Source: Tubiluchus corallicola (taxonomy: Eukaryota; Animalia; Priapulida). Taken from it: 64,000 bases of DNA. The notes under the pieces were generated by a model. It saw only the letters and a list, made by a program, of their open reading frames with translations, ran no database searches and was not told the DNA's origin. A program made the position numbers and the translations under genes. The stretch lies in assembly GCA_030141605.1 (NCBI GenBank), contig JAQGDQ010000026.1, positions 434,001 through 498,000 on the forward strand, written 5' to 3'. Position 1 is the stretch's first letter. Every line of letters starts with the position of its first letter. Positions 14,601 to 26,649 of this stretch are shown piece after piece.

Positions 14601-17600
14601 ACTGATTGCACTTTTTCACAAACATAAATTTGCAGAGCGGCAGGTATTTTCACACGAAATTAACACTTCAAGTAGCCAAAAAATGACTTTTCGATTTAAA
14701 CAGAATGTAGAGACGAAGTTTGAAAGCACTACGAAATGTAGAGACATAACATAACACATAAGTATAATAAAGAAACTAAGCCAGTTAGCATAAATGGGCA
14801 ACAAAATATATTTACGAAAGTCTCTTTTGCCTTTGAATATACGAACACATCATACCTGCGACATATTTTTTCTAATTTTAACTAATCATGTGGTCATTCG
14901 CAAGCTTTTATCCACTTTTTGCATTTTTTCAACTGTTTGTTAGACTACAGCAATTGAATAAATTTGATTATTTTATTCCGTAAACGATCTTGCCCAAGTT
15001 ACGTAAGTCATAAATCCCAATGGCATCTTTTAATTATGAGTATAGCCAAGAAAATTGCATAAAATTGACTATTTCAGGATACAAATTTTACGTTGATATA
15101 TAACATAAATTTTGACCACATTTGAATTAATTTGGACCGTGAAGATCTTATTGAGGTTTATAAAGACTGACCAGAAAAGAAAACATTTTACGTGAATGTG
15201 AATTCCCATGAGTGTGCTCGCAAACCTGCTTAGAAGTGCTCATGCTGTAATTTTTACATACATGTTAACCTTGAATCATTTATACCTGCCAACTCGGGCT
15301 TCAAAATAAAGTTATAAATTTCATTGTCACCTCTGTTCAAGTCGGGCATTTTACATTTGCGATCATTAAAGCAGCGTTATATGATCGACCTAATTAACCT
15401 CGTTAAGTTAATTTGTATTTTTTTAAAGTTAATGCTTGTTTTTATCTACCTTGCAAGGCCGTACATTAAACTTAACTGCGTATTTTTATTAATAGCAAAA
15501 TCAGTAACTCATAGACGCAAACGCTGTGCATTTCTTCCTATAAAAAACGAAATTATACTATGTATTTCCACTAATTCACCTGCAATTTTAATAGACAATA
15601 CAGACAATCGACAGCCTGTAATAAGATCTAAAACCAGGCTGATTTCTCTCTCGCAAATCTATGAAAAGTTGAGCATTTTTCATAAGAATATAATATAATA
15701 CAATGCATAGCTAGAGCTCTTGTCCCGAAAGACCAGGTAATGAACCGGTTCTGTGGGCGTGTGAAAAATAGGCACATTGATTGGACAGTCAGCAGAGCTT
15801 GACTGAGAATGATTGACATTTTGTTTGACGTCAATTGCGCACATGCCTTAACAACCTTACAACAATAACAATGCCTACAACAGCAGCGGAAGGTAGCGCG
15901 CGAGAACCATCTAAACTAAAATCTTTTCAAAATGTGGTTAACGAGTCTAGCTGCTGTTGAGTTACTATGAAATGCACCCAAGGAATGGATGTTGAACAGC
16001 TGTTTTTGAAACCAGCTAGAACTCAACCTCTCAAACATGTGTGGGTAGCCACATGAAAAATAACTCTGCTTGATTCTGATTTGTTTAGATTACAGTTTGA
16101 TTTCAGGAGAAACGACTATGGCCAGTAGATAATACTTATACAATATAGTTATAGGGTGTTCATGTAACACACGTCCAGTGTTTTTAAATTTTCCATTATG
16201 GACAATTTTCAGCCAAAAACAAACAACGCGAGTCCATTTAATATTTTATATGTATATTCGACTGTACTTGCATGTTCACTATATTACACTGAGCATGCCT
16301 AAAATGTTATAAGTAACAACGTAACGCACTAAAAAATTATTCATTCACAAGATATATACTCCCCTACGTTAACAAACATAGGCTAGTCATTTTTGTCTCA
16401 CTATTAACTATTCTAACTAGATACACCAATCTTCTAAAGTTATCCGCTCTTACAAGTCAGTACAAAAAATCATTTGAAATCTCCTTTAAAATCCATAAAA
16501 ATTCTCAGGGACATTTGTTCAAAGATGACACGGGGGGTTCTCGCTTTTTCTGTTGTATACTAATGCAGCTGTTTCAAGAGCGGCCTATTTTGCGGATCAT
16601 AATAAACAAAATTATGAGCGAAAGAATATTTATAAAACAGGGAGGACCCCTCTTATTCAACATTTATTTTTACACAGCTACAGCTGCCCGTTGTTATTCA
16701 GGTTTGTTTCAACTCCTTCATCCAGAAATACAGTCTGTAATCTGTCTGCCCTTCGCTGTGTTAGTTGCAACTATAACGAAAAGGCTCCCTGCTAAATGCA
16801 TAGCATGCACAGACGATAAGGTTATTCTGCTAGAATGATAAAAAGGTGTCTCGCATGTATGACAAATGACTTTTTGACCTAAAGCCTGAAAACACTGCGT
16901 TTAACGGTTCAAGTTGCCGATTTCTAAACAAACAGAAAAAGATGTCCAAACCGTATCAAAATCACCAACTGCAGTCATTCTTTGCCATACACTATGACGC
17001 AAGTATACACATTGGCTACCCTTTTCACCTTAGTATATCATCAAAATAAAACTGATAATATGGAAGAACATCCGTCCATTCTCTGCTAATCGACTTCGTT
17101 TTTTTAGAACTTACAGTGGAATCATACACTAAAAGTTGTGCGGTAATCTTTCAAAGGTTTTTGTCAAATGGATGCTTTAAGTTATGGGTGATTCACGTTT
17201 TTTGCAAATTCCCGCTCATGTGCCAACCGATAGAGCTTCGCGTGGCATGCACATTCCAAACATACAGAACAGGAGAAAAGTTGCTTAGCGTTTAGCCTAA
17301 TCTAATTCGAATTCCGCAAAATCCAAAACCAAACTAATTCCTTTGATTTTTTTAAATGCGCAGCGGTTTCGGTATGCTCGGCATTTAGAAAATGCATTTC
17401 ATTTCAGCTCTTTTTTACGATTTACATACAAAGTAGTCCTCCATCTGCAGAACCTATTGACCATAATTATTACCATAGTTTTTTGGCCTATTGAGTTTTT
17501 TGCAAAAAATTTAATGTTAAATCGGTGTACACGTATACACGAACTTTCGAATTCAGGGTAGATTGTAGAGACTTCTAAATTGCCGAATGGCACATAAAAC

Positions 17601-20600
17601 CCAAGATTCACACACAAAAATTTTATTTATTTTTTATTTTATCTTATTTTGTTTTCGCCAAAGTGTCAGCCAATTTTACTCTGTGTTTCTTTTCTTTAAA
17701 TAAAAAATAAACATAGAAACATCGTGGAAATTCTAATAAAAATTATGTCCAACTTGAAGATTCTAAGTGATATGCCAGACACAAACACTGATAGCTCCAC
17801 ATTATACATCTATTAACTGTACAATTACGTCATGCATTTCATAAGGTAGTATATATTTGTGTAACCTGATTAAACGATTCTGATTTATTAGACTAAGCAT
17901 TTATTAGACAAAAGGTATTGTACATTGCATGTTATCAGGGCCAGACTTGTACACTACAGTTTTGCATACTACAGTAATCAGGGCTAGACTTAGGTGAAGA
18001 CACTTCTGAAGCCACCACCCAATCGCTGACAGACCCCGCCCATCACCAATTCAAGACAAGAGAAAAATGGAAGTGCTTTTCGAAATCGAAGTCGAGGTAA
18101 TGCCGGACGCTTAATAAAATAACGCAACTTATCAATTTTTCTAATCACAATTCCACCTCTAAAGGAATACAAGAAGATACTGCTGAAAATGCTGTACATA
18201 GTAGGCCTAAAGGCAAAATGCGTAAATGTTAAAATAAACACTGTGAAAAACTAAATTTTGCGAATAATTTTCAAGCAGAATTTGGCAAAAATTTTTTAGA
18301 AAAATGAAGTTGTACGGTTGCTTGCACATTCTTTAAACTCTTGCGCTTACGAATTTTATTACCTAGGAAGTGTTACTAAAAATGATAGCGACTACATGAC
18401 GAAGACCAGCGTGAGTCTGCGTGACACTTACATTCTATTTTAACTGTCATTATAAGCAGCTCGAGGAATACCAAAAATTTCTCATTTGGTAAGCAGTATT
18501 CAGGTGACACATATCAGCTATTGATTTACCTACTAATCAGTACACGAAATTAAACATGAAACGGTGGGACCTACTGTCAAGCTGAGATATTCAACCTTTT
18601 TCACATCAGTAAAAGAAACCGCAATAGTTATTAGAAAGTAAAACATGAAGCATTCGTAGATTTCTGGTTCATGGAAAAGCAAAAAAATTGTTGAAGTGAG
18701 GTTGCCTTCAACTTGTCCAGCCCTGCGTATAATAAAATTTACATAACGTTACTTACAGTACATTTATTTGGTTTTTCTCCAGAATGAACTCTCATGTGAA
18801 TCAGCAGTTTGTACCTGGCATTGAAAGGTTTGTACTTGCGGGCACAGCTCTGCCAAAAACAGGTGAAATCCTCACCTTTCCTCTGATCAATGTGAGCCTA
18901 GGAGAGATTAATCACACTTTTGTTTTAAAGATGTAATGTAATTTAAACTAACTTACATACTTAACTTTCAACTTGACTTAACAGACAAAGAGTAAAGTGT
19001 TGTATAGGCAAGAAGCCCAATAGAAAACCAAATTTACAAATGTCTGATCTGCATCTAGGAATAAAAGAAATTGCAGCAGCAGATGAATTTATTGTTACAA
19101 AATATTTTCCCATCAAAAGGCACCAATAAGCTACATCCACTACTATCACCAGTGCTTACCTATGCAGGTGAACGAGAACAGAAGTTGTGCCACAATAAAT
19201 AAAAATTTGGATAAATTTATAATTTAACTTAATTTATAATACTGATGCAGTAGAAAGTCTAGAATTTGCCAAGTTTAATAACCTAACAAAATGAATCACA
19301 TTTTTATTTTACAAGGTTAATGAAGAAGCAGTTAATAGAATTTATTTAAACATACCTTTTCAATATGTCGTACCAGGTCTTCTTGTTCCCGATAGACAGC
19401 ATTACAGTCAATCCATCTGCAAGCATTCACATTTGAATTTTCATCTTCTCCAGTTCCTGTCCTTAGCCAATCTTTACCATTGGTGTCATAACCTTCAAAA
19501 TTAGAAAATTCTTCCTGCTTTATAACTCCAATCTGGCTTCGATAAGTAATAGGGTAATCACAAGGGCCTCCATTTTGGTTAGCAACACACAAGAATGACC
19601 CATGGTACATGTCGGACTGCGAGATGGCTGGTACAGATCTAACGATATCTCCATAGGCTGGAGGTGGATTACTGTGCACAGAATCCTGTGTGTATATATC
19701 TGGTGGTTCTGTCTTAAAAATACCTTGTTCTATTTGAGGAAACTTGACATCACCATTAAAACCACTTGGAGGATAGGAAGAAGATACTGTACAATATGAT
19801 TGTCTTTCAGCACAAGTTGAAGATCCCAAAGATGAACCCGCTGAGCAGGCATTTAAAGCATTGGAAACTGACATATTGTGACTAAAATTGGAATCCGGTC
19901 TCACATATGATTCGTGCTCAAGCTTCTTAGGCACTGTAACGACTGAAGCAGTTTTAGATCCCAGTTTGTACAAAATATCTTTACTAACAACTTCTCGTTT
20001 AAATACGCTGGGCTCAATTGTTTCTAAGTCAAAATCTTCTTGTCCTGGATCACTGGTAGTCGAAGTCACCTCATTTTCAAAAATATTATTCTCTAATCCC
20101 TCTATGTTACTTTGCTGTGGCACAACTAGCTGATTGCTCATCAGTTCCTGATGGCTGTCATTACTTGATTCTAATTCTTGCATGGTTTGCTCAACTAGAA
20201 GAACATCTGGCTCATCTTTTCCTTTATCAATTTCCATTTTTAACGGTGATTTTAACTGCCTGGGAGAGTTGGGAGATCTAGCAGGACTATGAATTGGACT
20301 CCTGCTGTCCGAAGGGCTCCATGTACTCTTACACAAATGACCGTAAGCACCTTGACTATTGAAATTTGGAGATTCACATCTAGACGAGCTATGTGAACAG
20401 TTCATGTATGCTAAAAGAGAATTTGGTGAAGTGCGTATTAGCTGATTAATGTCCAAGCCCTCAGAAGAGAGAGGGGACACTGACAAAGCCCGCTTTCCAT
20501 GTCCGCGCACTTTCAGTAATGGGCTTAAGGATCCAGGCGAAAGTTCTGGCAGTGGCGATAATGACAAGCTGCTTCGTCCATGTAAGTGGCCAACACAAGG

Positions 20601-20876
20601 CGGTGCAAGACCCTCGCCAGAAATTGGCGTACATCGAATGCCACCCTCACTAGGTCCTGTCAGGCCGCCTGTCTCGTCATTTTCGTTTTTAATGCTTATG
20701 GACGGAAGTGAGTTAAGGTAGCTCCACTGTGATTTGCTGTTCACCGGGAAAGGTTCCAGGAAGCCACATGGTCGTGCAGGTTTACATGAAGACGTCTTCA
20801 CATTAGAAGAAACATCGCTACAAGCCGAAGACTGCAAATTTGTTACCACTGGTCGTAGAAGTTTAGGCGAACTCAT
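11646..20876 (-). CDS. GLIS3: GLIS1/GLIS3-subfamily C2H2 zinc-finger transcription factor (about 850 aa)
   Basis: Exons 20876-19356, 18897-18757, 14464-14303, 13818-13708, 13514-13373, 12789-12595, 12425-12237 and 11737-11646, all with GT-AG boundaries and consistent phase. Five-finger domain CRWIDC...RHIEK|[47 protein letters not shown]|[29 protein letters not shown]...[17 protein letters not shown]|[27 protein letters not shown] matches GLIS1/3 ([22 protein letters not shown]), not GLI or ZIC. In an invertebrate this is likely a GLIS1/3 co-ortholog. The start codon and the last four exons are less certain than the finger exons. Confidence 0.93.
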
Positions 20877-21724
20877 AATTTTCGAAGTGATAAGACAAAC
20901 TGCAAAAAAAACAATATAATGTTACTTTTTAATTTCTTGTAATTAGACATACAATAGATAAAATTGGTTAAAGTAATGTAGCTTAAAAACATAATTATAT
21001 GTGTACAGTAAGCCCAATTAAAATCGTTTACTACAATAAAAGGTAGCTTACAAAGATTTTGGAAACTTCGTGGGCTCAACGGCGACACAAGTGCATTGAC
21101 GATTGCATAAAGCTAAAATACAACCGCTCGATGTTTCTGAAGGCGATGACAGGATGGAATTCTGAGAAGTTCCACATTTTACCTGGTCGACTAATCCAGG
21201 TCACACTCTGGAATACCTCTTACACATTCCTGAAATGACGCGGTTCCTACGCAAATACCTTTCATGCAATGGCAGCTAGTCAACGGGTTATTGTGTTTCT
21301 CTTTATAACGTTGTCCAAAAATCATCAACGAACATTTCGATAATTCAGATTTGCATTTAATTCAGTAAATCAACATGTTCAAATTGAGATATGAGTGTTT
21401 CCTTGCCCATCAGCACTTTAGTGTCCCAATCTTTCGTGTTCCTTGAAAACCTTAGGCATGTTAGTTTCATGAGAAATGAATCAGCCTCTGGCAGACGTAG
21501 AAATGTCTGCTGTAGTAACCCGGAATGAATGAAAAACGATTAGGTGCAAACGTGTTGTTGTTATGTTTTTAATATCAGCTGTTTGCAGTTGTTGACAAGT
21601 TGCCATTGGCGGCCTAACAAAGCAGAAGATCAGTAGGGTATTTCAACACAAAAATTAATATTTCGAGTTAGAATAGTGATCATCATATAGTATATTTAGC
21701 AAAATACCGACTACTGGTGATGAC

Positions 21725-21910
<186 letters not shown>

Positions 21911-22835
21911 GATGATAATATTAATTTTTCGTTCTATACTTGCCAGAAACGGAAACCGAAAAGACTACACTACATCTGTTTGAAATGCTTGATGAACTTG
22001 CACTTACAATCAAGGCTAACTTAATACGTTCTAACTCATTTTATTTACGCAGTGTATAGGCAGTATTGTAGCTACATAAAATTTGCACGCATCAAGATAT
22101 CTTTCGTTGAACAATTTGAGCGTCAGAAAGTGAGAAACGATAAAGTAATATGTCGCGTCGTTCACTCGTTTGTGAATATATTTTGTTGATTTGAAGTAAA
22201 ATCTGTTACTTATACTTTTTCTACCGGAAGAGACATCAGCAAATCCTCTTGCAGCTTGTAAAGAAGCCATCCAAGCACGCCATTACAGTGGAAAATTGTC
22301 CAACATTTTCAAGCAAATAAACAGCATGGAAGCAGTATATGAGTTGGCAGTCCAACCGAAACCCGAGTCTAAAAATAAACAGCATACTCCCAAGAACTGT
22401 ACTGCTTGGCGTCGAAGTTAAAAGTAAGCAAAAACATGGCTTGGTAGGCGCTTATGAAACCAGCGGATGAGTCACCGGTGAATCCGGTCCGGAGGATTTT
22501 CGAACTGGGATCACATTAGACCAAAAATATGTTCATTAGCGTGAATGAGTCATGCCCAAAATACATTTTTAAATCTTTCCAGATCTGGACCAGCAATAAA
22601 GCACATTGGAATATGCCGTTCCATCAACTTAAAATCAAACACAGGAGGTACGTAACATCAATCAATATGAAATAATGGTTGAGGGAACGGAGACCACTTT
22701 TTACACTACGTACTCTATTTTAACTTGTTTACATAATTAATAAACATCTTTTTGTTGACTTAATCTGGCACTTTTTGTTGCTGGCGCATTCTTTTTTTGT
22801 AATGGTATTGTGAATTTCTCCAAAACATGCATATA

Positions 22836-23603
22836 TCAGGTGACACAAAAAACGTGTCGAAGTTTTCATCACGATATTATAAGACGGAAATAAGAAAATC
22901 GCTTGAAAATTTCTACACTGATGTCATATACGCTTATTTGTAAACACCAAAAATTTTAAGTCATTCTCTTAGATTTCTCCAATTAAACAGAAATTTTGAA
23001 ACAGTAAATCAAAAAATAGATGTGGGAAAAATTTGTGTCACTATTGTGAAAATTTACAGCAAATGCTCTATGTGCCCACAATTTTCACTGCAAACTAGAC
23101 GAAGGTGTTTCGTCTAACAACTGATACAGTTTTTTACTTCTTTAAGGGGTTTTATTTCCAGTATTCAACAATTTTTGCCTTTAGTTCCTCTAATTTACAT
23201 CAAACAGCTCTGTACTGTACATACTTTCTCTGGGAATTCAATACTGTAATTGATAGGACTAAGTTTTTTCCTGATAACAATTCTTTATCCGCGCTTTATT
23301 TTCTATGATAAAGGCCATGATGTAAGCTGGTTCATTTCCTTATTGCTCTGCTGCCATGTATTGAGTACTTTATATACGCACGGGGCTATTTTTCAACTGA
23401 TGATTAGCTTACATTGTTCTGTTTACACGCGCGAACGTTCTTCGGCTATAAATAAAAAACACGAAAACTATAAACTTGTAACTTTCACAGCCAAGCGTCA
23501 ATGTATTGTACTTTCAGACAGAGCAATATCAACTTTATAATAGAGCACTAGCTTCTAATATTGCTGTAGTCTAAACATTGGCACATTTTTCTGCGCCACC
23601 CGG
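22836..23603. mobile_element. Degenerate Tc1/mariner-like non-autonomous element
   Basis: Left TA|TCAGGTGACACAAAAAACGTGTC versus reverse complement of the right end TA|CCGGGTGGCGCAGAAAAAATGTGCC: a degenerate TIR flanked by TA on both sides. Confidence 0.5.
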
Positions 23604-24242
23604 TATATATACGTGTATAATATATATATATTATATATATATATAATATATATGCACACATACATATATAAAACTAACCTCTATTGGCTATAGTTATACT
23701 CTACTTTGTGCAAAAGCAGTGTTTTGTTTTGGTCTTATACCAAGTTCATATACATCGGTCATGAATTGTTATGCTATTGTTATGTTTATTCAGTACATGT
23801 ATAAGGTGATTCTTCAAAAAAAATTGCAGCTTATATATCTGTAAAGACGTCGTATCAAGTAAAATAAATCATCTTTCTGACTCTGTCTGTTTGAAGTTGA
23901 AATTAGTGAGTGAACGAAGGGTTTCGTTTTAGGTAACTGATACCAGAGGAAACAAGTTTCAATCCCGAAAATTATAGTCAATTTATTTTCATATTAGCCA
24001 ACTGGATGATGTGACACTTTCTCTCCTATTAAATAAGTTTGCAAAATAACTGATTTCCTGAGAGGTATAAGAATTCTTCAGCATTCCGACTTGTGAGCAA
24101 ACTGGGAAAGTTATGGGATATGGGAAGCTAATGGGAATTCCAAATCATAAGTTTCGATTACATAATAAAGAAATGTTTTTTATTCTTCGCAAGAATATTA
24201 TTATTTATTGAATAGTATCATCTTGATTTTCTTGATCACATG

Positions 24243-25254
24243 CAGGGCCGGATTTATAGGGGACAATTACCTCAAGGGCCCCTGCCTGAAGCCTCCAGGC
24301 TAAGAACTTCCTTTATAAAAATATTTTAGGCTAAGAACTTCCTTTATAAAAAAAAACTATATGCTAAGTTCAGATCATGTCTCACTACATCTCAACAGAC
24401 GGTTTTGCTACACGATGAAGTGCTTGCTGATCTTTCCCAGTATATTTGAGCATGATGGTCACTAGTTTTTTCGGGAGAAATTCGTTCATTAAATTGGTGC
24501 TAATAAAGTATTATATCACAAAAGAAATTCGTTCATCAAACTGGCACTGATAAAGTATTATATCAGAAACACAATGGTTCACAAAAGATTAATTGCTCTT
24601 TGCTTATTGAATGTCGAGAGCTGTGTCTTCAAGATGATACAGTATGGTGAATTAATTAATGATTTTGCAGATGTTAAAATTAATGTAGAAAGAAAAGCTT
24701 CTTGTTGATATTGCAGTGTAATGCATAAGAACTTGGGCACTTGATGTTTTAAAATAAATATTGAAATATTTTGATTAAATTTATTACCAGGAACCTATTT
24801 TAGACTTGGTATAGTATAGTGTTACACATTTTTTATTTGAGATTCATTCTAAACTTTTGTTGCTAATTGTGATTAGAAAAACAGGGAAACTTTTGCTCGG
24901 CTGTTATTTTCTTATATAGCAGTATAAAAAAGGGAAAACTTGGCTGTGATTTTCATTATTTAAAGAAATAAAGGCACCACAACACTGCATACCTTATCCG
25001 ATCACCAGTAATTTATATCACTATGGCCTATATTACAAACTTAAAATTAGTCAAAGTAGTCAAAGTTATTCTTACAGTCAATAAGATTGAGAAAAGCAAA
25101 ATCAGAAGTTTTCTTCAGCAGCTAACATATTTTTTCGAAGAAATGCGGTGTATCTCTTTTTAGTTCATTTTTTATTTGCCATGCAAATTCATTTTTATGT
25201 TGTGGGGCCCCGAACACGAAGTGCCCCCGACCCCAAGTTCTAAAGCTGGTCCTG
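24243..25254 (+). mobile_element. Internally deleted hAT transposon retaining a remnant of the C-terminal dimerization domain
   Basis: TIRs CAGGGCCGGATTTA and TAAAGCTGGTCCTG. Bases 24440-24700 translate piecewise to YLSMMVTSFFGRNSFIKLVLIKYY and QKRLIALCLLNVESCVFKMIQYGELINDFADVK, resembling the hATC pattern (L..VT..S.ERSFSKL..IK.YLR..M.Q.RL..L.LL.IE......ID.FA). The TSD has decayed. Confidence 0.75.
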
Positions 25255-26483
25255 CAGACAGGTAAACGGACAGTACGACGACCGTCTGAGAATTCTTCAA
25301 GAAACTCGCAGATTCGTAGTCAATGGAAAGCAGATGCTACTATACGCCTCAGTCGCCCCTGCGGTTTGGTCTGTTTTACCAAGTCACGGAACTCTTTCTA
25401 GACACCGTGAGTTCGCCAATCCGACAGTGATGTTTCTTGAAGAAGATTCGATGTTTCACTCATACAAAATAACCATTCTCAATGTTACAACTTGAACTTG
25501 ACCCCATCTTCTACAATGCGTATTTCTACAGTAACTAATAAAAGCTCACTAACTAGACTTGCACGTGGGCAATGTATGTGACATTTTAGTGACAAAAACC
25601 AATGAAACATATGAACGAACGAAAGTCTAGAAAGATGACCTTATATCTTTGCATGGTAATAGTAATACGTGAACTTTGACATAGTTACAGCAGATACAGT
25701 CTACACACTGAGCGCACACTCACGAAACGGATTAAGATGACTGGAGGGGGGTAATTAAGTTAAAAGAGGTTTTTTAATAGAATCAATCTCGTTTATAATA
25801 GCAGCCTAGCATGGTACCGCCTCTCCTAAATACAATTTCTTAAATTATTATAGTCACTCTCGCCAAAGTTGCTTGATGACAATGATGTGCATCATATGTC
25901 ATTAGAAAAATCTGATGAACTAGTACTTGGGAAAGTGGAGTGGGAAAGTGAGCAGCAGTCCTGTCGTTTTACCAGAATCACGCTTACATGTGGCCAATGC
26001 AGCTGTCGATGTATTTATTACAATACTGACATGTTTAAAGTTAAGGACATTTTGTTCCTTACTATATGCTTACCACATTTTGTGCCATATGTGGAAAGCA
26101 GAAAAAGTATAATTGCTCATAATGCCTTTACTGCTATACATAAATCTTATACATTTGTCAAAGGCGTTTCTCAAAACGCCGCTGTGTCCATGGTTGAGTC
26201 GTCTCATTTAGTAACTAACTATGGTTCATCCTATGATGTGCTGCTATATATTCTTAGAGGACATTATAGTCCTCTGTCTAATAAGTGTTTTGTCTGTTAA
26301 AACAGTAAGCTCTCAGACCCGCTGAGATCCACAAACTCACAGCCATCTACAATATATATTCCAACCATTGGAACACAATGCTGTATTTCAATTCAGCTTT
26401 CATTGTTCTAGCTTTAGGAGAGCCGATAGGTATAACGTATAAGAAAACTTGTACTTTAATGTAAATTGCAAGTTCACGTGTAA

Positions 26484-26649
26484 AGTGGCGTTTACCAGAC
26501 ATACGGAATGCGATATCCACTTGCAGAATAGCTGCGTAACACAGCTGCGTTACGCAGTCTGATGAACGAGTGCATTGAAAACAATATAAACCGATTTTAT
26601 CTATTCCGCATAGCGCGTACGCATTCCGGATGTGTGGTAAAACGCCACT
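26484..26649. mobile_element. PIF/Harbinger (Tourist-like) palindromic MITE
   Basis: About 30-bp TIRs AGTGGCGTTTACCAGACATACGGAATGCG and CGCATTCCGGATGTGTGGTAAAACGCCACT, flanked by TAA on both sides (26481-26483, 26650-26652). Confidence 0.8.

Noticed and set aside
19602-20919. Plus-strand ORFs overlapping the large GLIS exon
   Set aside because: Antisense shadows of a real coding exon; no recognisable motifs.
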